DNA from: an uncultured Gemmatimonadales bacterium
Lineage (GTDB): Bacteria > Gemmatimonadota > Gemmatimonadetes > Longimicrobiales > RSA9
DNA: 64,000 nt
NCBI GenBank assembly: GCA_963783305.1
Contig: CAWAMW010000016.1
Span: 416,001-480,000, forward strand
Direction of reading: 5' to 3'
A program made the position numbers and the translations under genes. The notes under the pieces were generated by a model that ran no database searches, had not been told where the DNA came from, and was given only the letters and a program-made list of their open reading frames with translations. This document shows positions 42,769 to 51,448 of the stretch, in pieces (position 1 is the first letter of the stretch; every line of letters starts with the position of its first letter).

Positions 42769-45384
42769 CTAGGGGTTCAGCCAGTAGTTGACCTTCAGGA
42801 CGAAGATGTTGTCCGGCTGGGTGTCCCAGAGTGCCCGCTGGTCGCGTCCGAAGTCGAAGCCCGTCTCGCCCTCGGTCCCCGCCAGGTAGTGCTGCCGCGC
42901 CTGCTGCCAGGCGAGGTAGAGCGTGCTCCCCTGACGCCATTCCCAGCGGAGTACGGCGTTGCCGCGCAGGCTCCGCAGGTTGAAGTCACGATCGGGGACG
43001 GGGGCCTCGTACGGCTCGAAGTCGAAGGTGGCGGGGCGGGTCAGGTAGCGTGCCCCGCCATAGTCGCCGCTGGACAGGAGCGGCTGGGCGTAGATCTCGA
43101 GGGAGAGCGTGGGGCTCATGGCCATGTTGAGCCGTGTCTCGAGACCGACCTCGGTGTAGTCGAGGGGTGCGAAGATGTATCGGGTTCCGAAGGTGGCCGC
43201 CGCGGCCGGATCCTGCACGCTCGCTACGTACTGGGCCTGCACGTGCTGCCGGTCCCAGCTCGGGCCCATACGCAGCTCCCAGCTGGAGGACGGGCGCCAG
43301 CGTGCGGTGAGGCTGGCCGACGTGCGCCAGGCGCCGAACTCGGTCCGTTCGCCCGAGAGCGTGCCCGCCGCCAGGAGCGGTTGTCGTCCGTCCGTGGAGA
43401 AGTGCAGCATGCCCGAGGTGGACGCGGGGCGGGTGGCCAGCGGGCCGCCACGGGTGAGCCGGTCGTCATTGGCGCGGAGCGAGTGGCTGACCTGCCCGTA
43501 CAGCACCCAGTAATCCAGCGTGCTGGCCGAACCCGTGGCGGTGAGCCAGTTGGCGATGAGCTGGTTCGAGTAGTTGCCTTCGACCCGCGCGGATCCCGCC
43601 AGGTTCCAGCTCCGGAGCACCCTGCCCGGTGCGTTCTCCTGGTACTCGATCTCGAGTTGCGCGTCCCGGCGGTCCGTGCGGTAGGCGAAGCCCAGGTCGT
43701 TCACCTCGAACCCCGGGGTGATCGTGCCGACGGTGAGGCCGCCGAGCCAGTGCTCCCCCGCCTGGCGCCGGAGCGACAGGTAGCCCGACCCCCCGGTGAG
43801 CGCCGTGGCGCCGGGGTCCAGCGTCAGGTGGTCGGCATCCGGCCGCTGGAAATAATGGTTCGACCGCGTCTGCGTCCGGAGGAGCGATTCGACACTCCCG
43901 GTGACGTGGCTGAGCGCCACCGCCCCACGGAGTAACCATTGACGTCGCGCCCACTCATGCCGGAAGTCCGCTGCCCCCGCGTACGCGGCGCTGTGGAGGG
44001 CGCCGTCCACCATGGCGTCGTCGGTGCTCCGGTGGACCGCCGTGATGATCCCGCCCATGGCGCTCCGACCCCGCCGGAGGTCGCGCCGCGCCCGGCCCAC
44101 GAAGTAGTTGCTGAGCGGCTCGGCGGTGGCGGTGGCGTCCTGCCCCCCGGCATCGATGTAGCGCGACGTCTCCTCTCCCGTAACCGCCTCCATCACGCCC
44201 AGCGACCAGCCGGACGCCGTGCGGCCCGACAGCTTCCCGGCCGCCAGGATGCGCGTGGCCGCGGGGACATCCGCCAGTGGGGTGCCCGGGTGCACCTGCG
44301 GCGCCCGACCGATCCGTCGCGTGTAGAAGAGCTGACCGCCGCCCCCCGTGTCCAGCTCGAAGATCTCGCTCCCCTCGATGAAGAAGGGCCGCTTTTCGTC
44401 GAAGCGCGTCTCGTACACGCCCAGGTTGATCACCGCCGGGTCCACCTCGACCTGCCCGAAGTCCGGGTTCACCGTGGCGTCCAGCGTGAGATCGGATGTG
44501 ACGCGGTACTTCAGGTCGAGACCGGCCGACAGCTCCTGCTCGCTGTCGGTACGGTACGGGTTCGGACCCGGGTCCACGTGCTCGGTCCGGCCCACCACGT
44601 ACGGGAGCAGCTCCAGGCGACGCCCGGGTCGCAGCCCCTCCAGCCCCGTCAGGTGGCCGTACCCCGGCACGCCGCCCTGCGCGCTCTTCGGGATGAACGT
44701 CGAGACGGAGTACTCATGGGACCGGCCGATCAGTCGCTCCAGCTGCAGCCCCCACGTCTGCTTACGCTCCGGGCTGAACCGGATCTGGCTGAACGGGATC
44801 CGGTACTCCGCCGTCCACCCCTCCGCATCGACCGTGGTCGCAACCTCCCAGACGGGGTCCCACGAGTTGTCGTCCGACTCGATGACCTTCACCTCGTCGC
44901 GCCGCACGCCCGCCGGGTTCACATCGAATCCGAACGCCGTCCGGTGATCGTGATAGCTGTCGAGCATGACCCCGAACCAGTCGCTGTCGCCCAGAGACAT
45001 GTCCCGTCGGCCCAGTCGCCCCGTCACCTCGCCCGTGTCCCAGAGCCGCGCCCCCACGTACAGCGCCTGGTCATCGTACAGGATCCGGACCTCCGTCCGC
45101 TGCGCGGAGGGGGCGCCCTCGTCCGGGTCGATCTGGGTGAAGCGGTCCACCACGGGCGCCGCCGCCCACGCGGCCTCGTCCAGACGCCCATCGATGTCAA
45201 GGTTCCCCGTGTACCGGACGGCGGTGGCTACGGGCCGTGCGTCGTGCTCCGCGCTCTCGGACGCGACCTGGGCGGTGAGGGGAGCACTGAGCGTCCCCAG
45301 GGCCAGGAGGACTCCGAGACCGACATGGGGATGGCTGCGGGGGGCAGGGCGGAACAGATGCTTCGGACGAACGCTGCTTCGCAT
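42769..45384 (-). CDS. Exported CBM9-like plus DUF5916 (putative beta-barrel) protein
   Basis: IDGRLDEAAW, WTAEYRIPFSQIRF, NPDFGQVEVD, EKRPFFIEG, LRWEWRQGS, C-terminal KVNYWLNP. Confidence 0.85.
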   Translation of the reverse strand: MRSSVRPKHLFRPAPRSHPHVGLGVLLALGTLSAPLTAQVASESAEHDARPVATAVRYTGNLDIDGRLDEAAWAAAPVVDRFTQIDPDEGAPSAQRTEVRILYDDQALYVGARLWDTGEVTGRLGRRDMSLGDSDWFGVMLDSYHDHRTAFGFDVNPAGVRRDEVKVIESDDNSWDPVWEVATTVDAEGWTAEYRIPFSQIRFSPERKQTWGLQLERLIGRSHEYSVSTFIPKSAQGGVPGYGHLTGLEGLRPGRRLELLPYVVGRTEHVDPGPNPYRTDSEQELSAGLDLKYRVTSDLTLDATVNPDFGQVEVDPAVINLGVYETRFDEKRPFFIEGSEIFELDTGGGGQLFYTRRIGRAPQVHPGTPLADVPAATRILAAGKLSGRTASGWSLGVMEAVTGEETSRYIDAGGQDATATAEPLSNYFVGRARRDLRRGRSAMGGIITAVHRSTDDAMVDGALHSAAYAGAADFRHEWARRQWLLRGAVALSHVTGSVESLLRTQTRSNHYFQRPDADHLTLDPGATALTGGSGYLSLRRQAGEHWLGGLTVGTITPGFEVNDLGFAYRTDRRDAQLEIEYQENAPGRVLRSWNLAGSARVEGNYSNQLIANWLTATGSASTLDYWVLYGQVSHSLRANDDRLTRGGPLATRPASTSGMLHFSTDGRQPLLAAGTLSGERTEFGAWRTSASLTARWRPSSSWELRMGPSWDRQHVQAQYVASVQDPAAAATFGTRYIFAPLDYTEVGLETRLNMAMSPTLSLEIYAQPLLSSGDYGGARYLTRPATFDFEPYEAPVPDRDFNLRSLRGNAVLRWEWRQGSTLYLAWQQARQHYLAGTEGETGFDFGRDQRALWDTQPDNIFVLKVNYWLNP

Positions 45385-45569
45385 GGAGAACCGGTGATCG
45401 GGTGCGGGGCTGGCGGCGCTGCGACCGCTCTGAAGGCCGCCCGAATGTAGCCGGCGTGCCGGAGGTGGCCAAGCGACCCTGGCGGCGGGGAAGGGGGGGT
45501 GTAGCTTGGAAGGGAGCGGCCTCTCCGCCCGCTCACGTGCGAAAAGAGCCCGGTGACCGAGGAGGCGAG

Positions 45570-45800
45570 ATGGGAACGAAGAACCCCTGGAGCTGGGTGC
45601 CCGCTGGTGTTCTGGCGGCCCTCCTCCTGACGCTGGCCGTGGCCTGGTCTTTCCACGATCGGAGCGCCAGCGCCACGCAATGCGCGGTGCTGTACGCGGC
45701 CGCGGAGACCGCCGTGGACTCCGCCCTCGTGGACGCCGTCGTGATCCCTGGCGCCTGGAAGGGGCCCGGCCTGACCTGCGGCGAGCTGATGCGACGGTAG
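45570..45800 (+). CDS. Small exported hypothetical protein (76 aa, two Cys)
   Basis: GGAGG RBS; hydrophobic N-terminus; CAVLYAAAETAVDSALVD...LTCGEL. Confidence 0.6.
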   Translation: MGTKNPWSWVPAGVLAALLLTLAVAWSFHDRSASATQCAVLYAAAETAVDSALVDAVVIPGAWKGPGLTCGELMRR

Positions 45801-45899
45801 CCGCGGAGCCGGCGTACGGTCCCTCCCCCTTTCCCGCGCCCGCTCGCGTGCCCATCATGCGGCCGACGATTCACCGCCGTACCCAGGAGCACGTCGTCC

Positions 45900-48038
45900 A
45901 TGATCCATGACGCCGCCGAGGGCGACCCGGCCGCCGCCGTTCCAGCAGCTCACTCCGGCGACGCGGGCGTTCAGCCGCCGCCGGAGCTCAACCCGCGCCG
46001 GGAGCCGGTCCTGGACTTCATCGAGAAACCCCTCGAGTCCATGACGGCCGGGGACTACGACGTCATCGGGTTCCTCTCCGGGCTGGAAGTGCACCAGCAG
46101 ATCGACACCGCCTCCAAGCTGTTCTGCCGCTGTCCGGCCGGCCGGACCGCCACGTCCGTGGACGCCCGGGCGCTGCGCCACATGCGCCCGACCCTGAGCG
46201 AGCTCGGCGAGTACGACCGTACGGCGCTCATGGAGTTCAAGACGCGCAAGGAGGTGGTGTACCTGCTCGACCGGAGCACCGTCTGCACGTACGAGCTCGA
46301 CGACACGCCCCCTTTCGAGATCGACCCATCCGCCGTGGCCATCGCGCTGGAACTCGCCGCCCTCTGCGACCTGAACCTCGTGGGCGAGCTCCACGTCATG
46401 CGGAAGCAGTACCTGGACGGCTCCATCCCCACCGGGTTCCAGCGTACGGCCATGGTGGGGCTGACGGGCGCGATCCCGTTGCGGGAGCCGGAGCTCGGTG
46501 TCCACCGCGAGCTCCGGATCCGGCAGCTGTCGCTGGAGGAGGACTCGTGCCGGGAGGTCTCCGACGTGGGCCACCGCATTACCTACCGCACCGACCGGCT
46601 CGGAATGCCCCTCACGGAGGTGGTCACCGAGCCGGACCTGCTCACACCGTGGGAGCTCGAGGCCGGCGGTCGATTGGTGGCCGAGCTGGCACGCGCCACG
46701 GGCAAGATCCGGCGCGGGCCCGGCGCCGCGCGGCAGGACGTGAACGTCTCCGTGGCCGGCGGCCGGCGCGTGGAGATCAAGGGCGTGCCCCGCCACCGCG
46801 GGCTCACGCTCCTGGTCCACACCGAAGCCTTCCGCCAGCTGGAGCTGCTGCGCATCCGCGCCGAGCTCGGGCATCGGGGCGTCCGCCACGACGCTCTGGC
46901 CGATCCCGCCGACGGTCTTCCGTGGGAAACCTCCGGCCTGGTGGTGGACGCCGGCTCCACGATTCGCGGCACGAGCTATCGGCCCATTCTGGATGCGCTG
47001 GCCCGCGACGAGACCGTGGTTGCGGTGCGGCTCCCGGGTTTCGCCGGCATGCTGGCCCACCGCACGCAGCCGGGCCTCACTTTCGCACACGAGCTGGCTG
47101 AGCGGGTGCGCGTCATCGCGTGCCCCGTCGTGCGGCCGTTCCTCACCCATTCCGATGAGAGCGACTCCCTCTCCGGCGCCGACTGGGGCGGCCTCCGCGC
47201 CGCGCTCGGTGCGAGCACCGATGACGCCATCGTCCTCGCCTGGGCGCCCCGACCGGACGCCGCCACCGCAGCGCGCGAGATCCTGATCCGCGCTCGGGAG
47301 GCGCTGGCCGGCGTCCCCGCGGAGACCCGGCAGGCATGGCCCGACGGCCGCACCGGATTCGAGCGCCTCCTGCCGGGGCCCGACCGCATGTACCCGGACA
47401 CCGACACGCCGCCGCAGCCCGTACCGGACGCGCTCGTGGCCGAGGTCCTCGCCGCCCTCCCCGAGCGGCCCTGGGACCGGGAGGAGCGCTACGGCACTCT
47501 CGGACTCGATCACGCCACCGCCCGCCACCTCGCCCGGTCGCCGTGGGCCGATCCCTTCGATGCCGTGGGACCTGCCGCCGGCGAGCCCGCCCGACGCCTC
47601 GCGCACGCGCTCTCCAAGCGCGCGCCGTATCACGCGCGCCGCCTCGGCGTGGTGCTGGACCGGGGACCGGACTCCCTCCACGTCCTCGGGCTCGGCGCCC
47701 CCCGGATCGCCCCGCTGGTGCGCGCCCTGGAGGCCGGGGAGATCCTGCCGGGCGCCCTCGAGCCCGCTCTGGACGACCTGGCCCTGCACCCCCGCCGGGG
47801 GACCGACAACGTGCTGGACGCCTACTGCACCCGGCCTGGAGACGACCGGCGCCTCGAGCAGCTGGCGGCCGCGGCAGCGGACGGAGCGGCCGCGATGACT
47901 GGCCGCTCCACCGAGGCGCGGCTGCGCTGGGCCATGGGCGAGGTGATGCGGAGTCTCTGGGGCCGCGTGGACGCCGCGCGGGCCCGGCAGCTTCTGGAAC
48001 GGGCGCTGGAGCAGCGCGAAACGGAGGTGCCCGCGTGA
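45900..48038 (+). CDS. gatE: Glu-tRNA(Gln) amidotransferase subunit E (archaeal type)
   Basis: GLEVHQQ..KLFCRCP, RPTLSELGEYD, MRK..DGSIPTGFQRT, LEED, DRLGMPLTE, RQDVNVSV..G.RVEIKGV, insertion with HSDE, GVPAETR...LPGPDRMYPDTD. Confidence 0.92.
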   Translation: MIHDAAEGDPAAAVPAAHSGDAGVQPPPELNPRREPVLDFIEKPLESMTAGDYDVIGFLSGLEVHQQIDTASKLFCRCPAGRTATSVDARALRHMRPTLSELGEYDRTALMEFKTRKEVVYLLDRSTVCTYELDDTPPFEIDPSAVAIALELAALCDLNLVGELHVMRKQYLDGSIPTGFQRTAMVGLTGAIPLREPELGVHRELRIRQLSLEEDSCREVSDVGHRITYRTDRLGMPLTEVVTEPDLLTPWELEAGGRLVAELARATGKIRRGPGAARQDVNVSVAGGRRVEIKGVPRHRGLTLLVHTEAFRQLELLRIRAELGHRGVRHDALADPADGLPWETSGLVVDAGSTIRGTSYRPILDALARDETVVAVRLPGFAGMLAHRTQPGLTFAHELAERVRVIACPVVRPFLTHSDESDSLSGADWGGLRAALGASTDDAIVLAWAPRPDAATAAREILIRAREALAGVPAETRQAWPDGRTGFERLLPGPDRMYPDTDTPPQPVPDALVAEVLAALPERPWDREERYGTLGLDHATARHLARSPWADPFDAVGPAAGEPARRLAHALSKRAPYHARRLGVVLDRGPDSLHVLGLGAPRIAPLVRALEAGEILPGALEPALDDLALHPRRGTDNVLDAYCTRPGDDRRLEQLAAAAADGAAAMTGRSTEARLRWAMGEVMRSLWGRVDAARARQLLERALEQRETEVPA

Positions 48039-49432
48039 GTGCCCCGGCGAAGGAGTCGGATCGCGGCTATCGCGGGCCCGCGCTGGAAGTCATGCGGTCG
48101 CACGGCGTCGGAGTGTGGTGCGAGGTGCGGGCGGAGACCACGCGCGGCGCCTTCGAGGGACTCATCCTGCCCCGCTCGGAGACCAGTGACGAGCTCCACG
48201 TCGTCCTGAAGCTGGGCACCGGCTACAACATAGGGATCCGCTGCGACACCATCACCGGTTTGGAGAAGATCGGCTATCGGGAGGGGCACTACGGCATCCC
48301 CGAGAAGGCTTTCCCGACGAATCCCGGCTATCCGAACGTCAAGCTCCTCGGTACAGGCGGCACCATCGCCTCCCGGCTGGATTACCGCACCGGAGCGGTG
48401 ATCCCGGCGTTCAGCCCGGGCGAGCTCTACGGCTCCGTGCCCGAGCTCGCCGACCTGTGCAACCTGGAGACGGAGAAGGTGTTCGGCGTCTTCAGCGAGA
48501 ACATGGGCCCCGAGCAGTACCTGGTCCTCGCCGAGAAGGTGGGGGAGGCCATCCGGGAAGGATACGATGGGATCGTGATCGGCCACGGCACGGACACCAT
48601 GCACCACACCGCCGCCGCCCTCAGCTTCATGGTGCAGCGGCCGCCGGTACCGGTGGTCCTGGTGGGGAGCCAGCGCTCCTCGGATCGGCCGTCCTCCGAT
48701 GCCGCCCGCAACCTCATCGCCGCCACCCGCGCCGCCGGCCACGGCACCATCGCCGAGGTCATGGTCTGCATGTTCGGCCCCACGTCCGACCTCTACAACC
48801 TCCTCCATCGCGGCACCCGCGTCCGGAAGATGCACAGCTCCGTGCGCAGCACCTTCCGCACCCTCGGGGACATCCCGCTCGCGCGCGTGCACGAGGGGGA
48901 GGTCGTGCCGATCAAAGACGACTGGCGACCCCGACGCGACGACCGCAATGTCGAGATCCACGCCGTCTTCGATCCCCGGGTCACCCTCGCCTACTACTAC
49001 CCGGGGATGCAGCCCGACGTCATCGACTCGCTCGTCGATGCAGGCTATCACGGCATCGTCATTGCCGGCACCGGCCTCGGTCACGTGAACCGCGCCATCT
49101 ATCCCGCACTCGAGCGCGCCCGCGACGCCGGCGTGCAGGTGTACATGACGCTCCAGACGCTCTGGGGCTTCGTCCAGATGCACGTCTACGAGACCGGCCG
49201 CGAGATCCTCGAGCTCGGTGTCGTCCCCCTCGCCAATATGCTCCCCGAGGTCGCCTACATAAAGCTCGGGTGGGCGCTCGGCATGCACCCGAACGACCCC
49301 GTGGCCGCCCGCTCCCTGATGACCACCCCCATCGCCGGCGAGATCACCGAGCGCGAGCCCCACGACGGCTACCTCGTTCTGCAGGGCGGCGTCCCCGAGG
49401 TGGAGGAATTCCTCAAGAAGGTGTGGCGGTAA
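48035..49432 (+). CDS. gatD: Glu-tRNA(Gln) amidotransferase subunit D (asparaginase fold plus GatD N-domain)
   Basis: GTG overlaps the gatE stop; GLILPR...VLKLGTGYNIG N-domain; TGGTIASRLDYRTGAV, HGTDTM, SQRSSDRPSSDA, RKMHSS. Confidence 0.95.
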   Translation: MSAPAKESDRGYRGPALEVMRSHGVGVWCEVRAETTRGAFEGLILPRSETSDELHVVLKLGTGYNIGIRCDTITGLEKIGYREGHYGIPEKAFPTNPGYPNVKLLGTGGTIASRLDYRTGAVIPAFSPGELYGSVPELADLCNLETEKVFGVFSENMGPEQYLVLAEKVGEAIREGYDGIVIGHGTDTMHHTAAALSFMVQRPPVPVVLVGSQRSSDRPSSDAARNLIAATRAAGHGTIAEVMVCMFGPTSDLYNLLHRGTRVRKMHSSVRSTFRTLGDIPLARVHEGEVVPIKDDWRPRRDDRNVEIHAVFDPRVTLAYYYPGMQPDVIDSLVDAGYHGIVIAGTGLGHVNRAIYPALERARDAGVQVYMTLQTLWGFVQMHVYETGREILELGVVPLANMLPEVAYIKLGWALGMHPNDPVAARSLMTTPIAGEITEREPHDGYLVLQGGVPEVEEFLKKVWR

Positions 49433-49502
49433 GCGGGAGCGAGGCGACGTCAAAAAACTCCGATCATCCGGGTCGGTAGCCCTCGAGACGAACAGCAGGA
49501 TC

Positions 49503-49542
49503 GAAGGAACGAAGAAACGAAGGAACGAAGAAACGAAGACAG
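49503..49542. repeat. Octamer tandem repeat GAAG(G/A)AAC x4 plus a degenerate copy
   Basis: gaaggaac gaagaaac gaaggaac gaagaaac gaagacag. Confidence 0.85.
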
Positions 49543-49856
49543 CGAAAAAGGCTGGGCTGATCCGGCGACGTTGGGACTCCGGGAACTTCGTTCCTTTGCC
49601 TCTGGAAATCCGGCTGTTGATTGCCGGCGATCGCGCCGGGGTCCCTCATCGGCGACGCACTCCGCCACGAGCTGCTCGATGGTGGCGCAGTCGGTCTGTA
49701 CGGTGCCGCAGGCGGACTGGTACATCCACTCGGTGTCGCGAGGGGGACGAGGGGTCGACCGTCCCCTTCCTTGACACCGCCCCTCCCGGCCGGGACTTTG
49801 CGGCGTCACGCGTACCGACAGCCAGAGCGATCCGGGCCCCGGCCCACACCCGAAGG

Positions 49857-51107
49857 ATGATTGTGGCGAAGTTCCCTCCCGTACACGAGCAGATGGATGC
49901 GATCCGGCACGGCGCGCTGGAGATCGTGCCGGAGGACGAGCTGGTCCGGAAGCTGGAGCGAAGTCGGGATACCGGGACCCCGCTCGTCGTGAAGCAGGGC
50001 TTCGACCCGACGCGGCCGGACCTGCACATCGGACACGCCGTGAGCATCCGAAAGCTGCGGACCTTCCAGGAGCTGGGCCACAGCGTCGTCTTCGTGGTGG
50101 GGGACTATACCGCCCGCGTCGGCGACCCCAGCGGCCGGAGCGAGACGCGTCCGGCGCTGTCGCCGGAGGAGATCGAGGCCAACGCCCGTACCTACGCCAC
50201 ACAGGTCGGGAGCATCCTGGATGTGGACCGGGTCCGGGTCGAGTTCAACTCGAAGTGGCTGGCGCCGCTCAACCTGGCCGATATCCTGGAGCTGACCGGC
50301 TCCTACACCGTCGCCCGGATGCTCGAGCGCGACGATTTCGAGAAGCGCTACGGCGGAGGGCAGCCGATCTCCATCATGGAGTTCATGTACCCCCTCATGC
50401 AGGCCTACGACTCCGTGGCCCTCGGCGCCGACGTGGAGCTGGGCGGGAGCGACCAGAAGTTCAACCTGCTCATCGCCCGCACCATTCAGGAGCGCTACAG
50501 GCAGGAGCCGCAGGTGTGCCTGATCATGCCGCTGCTGCGGGGCACCGACGGCGAGCAGAAGATGTCGAAGTCCTACGACAACTACATCGGCCTCGCCGAG
50601 CCCCCCGAGGAGATCTACGGGAAGACCATGTCCATCCCCGACGACCTGCTGGAGGAGTGGTACACGCTGGCCAGCGGCCTCGAGGCCGATGCGTTGCAAG
50701 AGGCGCTCGCGAGCGCCGGGCCCGACCCGTACGAAGCGAAGCGGCGGCTGGCCGGACTGGTCACGCGGACCTATCACGGCGCCGAAGGCGAGGCGGCGGG
50801 CCGCGAGCACTTCGACACCGTGTTCCGTAAGAAGGAGGAGCCGGAGGAGGTGCCCGAGGTGGCCGTTCGGCTCGATCACCCCGACGTCCGCTACGAGGAC
50901 GGCACGGTGTGGGTCGCGGGCCTCCTCGTGGTCGCGGGGCTCGCCGCGTCGAAGAGCGAGGCGATTCGCCTGATCGAGCAGGGCGCCATCGCCGTCGACG
51001 GTGAGATCATCCACGACAGGAGCGCCACCACCCGCGCCGCCACAGATCTCCGGCCGGTGCTCCGTCGCGGGAAGAGGCGCTTCGCCCGGATACGGTTCGT
51101 CGCGTGA
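49857..51107 (+). CDS. tyrS: Tyrosine--tRNA ligase
   Basis: GFDPTRPDLHIGH, YPLMQAYDS, ELGGSDQ, KMSKS, C-terminal S4 domain; TTGACA at 49771 upstream. Confidence 0.98.
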   Translation: MIVAKFPPVHEQMDAIRHGALEIVPEDELVRKLERSRDTGTPLVVKQGFDPTRPDLHIGHAVSIRKLRTFQELGHSVVFVVGDYTARVGDPSGRSETRPALSPEEIEANARTYATQVGSILDVDRVRVEFNSKWLAPLNLADILELTGSYTVARMLERDDFEKRYGGGQPISIMEFMYPLMQAYDSVALGADVELGGSDQKFNLLIARTIQERYRQEPQVCLIMPLLRGTDGEQKMSKSYDNYIGLAEPPEEIYGKTMSIPDDLLEEWYTLASGLEADALQEALASAGPDPYEAKRRLAGLVTRTYHGAEGEAAGREHFDTVFRKKEEPEEVPEVAVRLDHPDVRYEDGTVWVAGLLVVAGLAASKSEAIRLIEQGAIAVDGEIIHDRSATTRAATDLRPVLRRGKRRFARIRFVA

Positions 51108-51140
51108 TTTGCCCCCGAACCGAGGGGGCCTTATCTTCTC

Positions 51141-51169
51141 TTGACACGGTCGTGACGGACCGTTAACCA
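51141..51169 (+). promoter_or_regulatory. Putative sigma70 promoter with an overlapping inverted repeat, upstream of the susC-like gene
   Basis: TTGACA-17-TAACCA; spacer carries the ACGGTC-N6-GACCGT palindrome. Confidence 0.45.
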
Positions 51170-51448
51170 ATAAGATGTTCCTGCAAACATACTCCGCCCC
51201 CGCAGTACGGAGTGGTTGATCGTATAGAGGAACCGTCCGCCCGAGCGCGGACACACAACTCTTTTTCGGCGAGCACTATCAAGCCCGTTCGCTACAGAAA
51301 GCCACATAAAAATCTATCTGCCATTGATGGGATTCTCCCAGTTCCGGGGCCAACGCCCTGGTGTATTCGCGCACTCCTGCGCGAAATTTCCAACCCTGCC
51401 AAGGAGGAAACAGATGTCAACGTCCATTCTTCACCTACGGGGGGGCGC

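Noticed and set aside
49433..49856. T-box leader for tyrS
   Set aside because: No GGTGGNACCGCG T-box motif and no plus-strand terminator before the start
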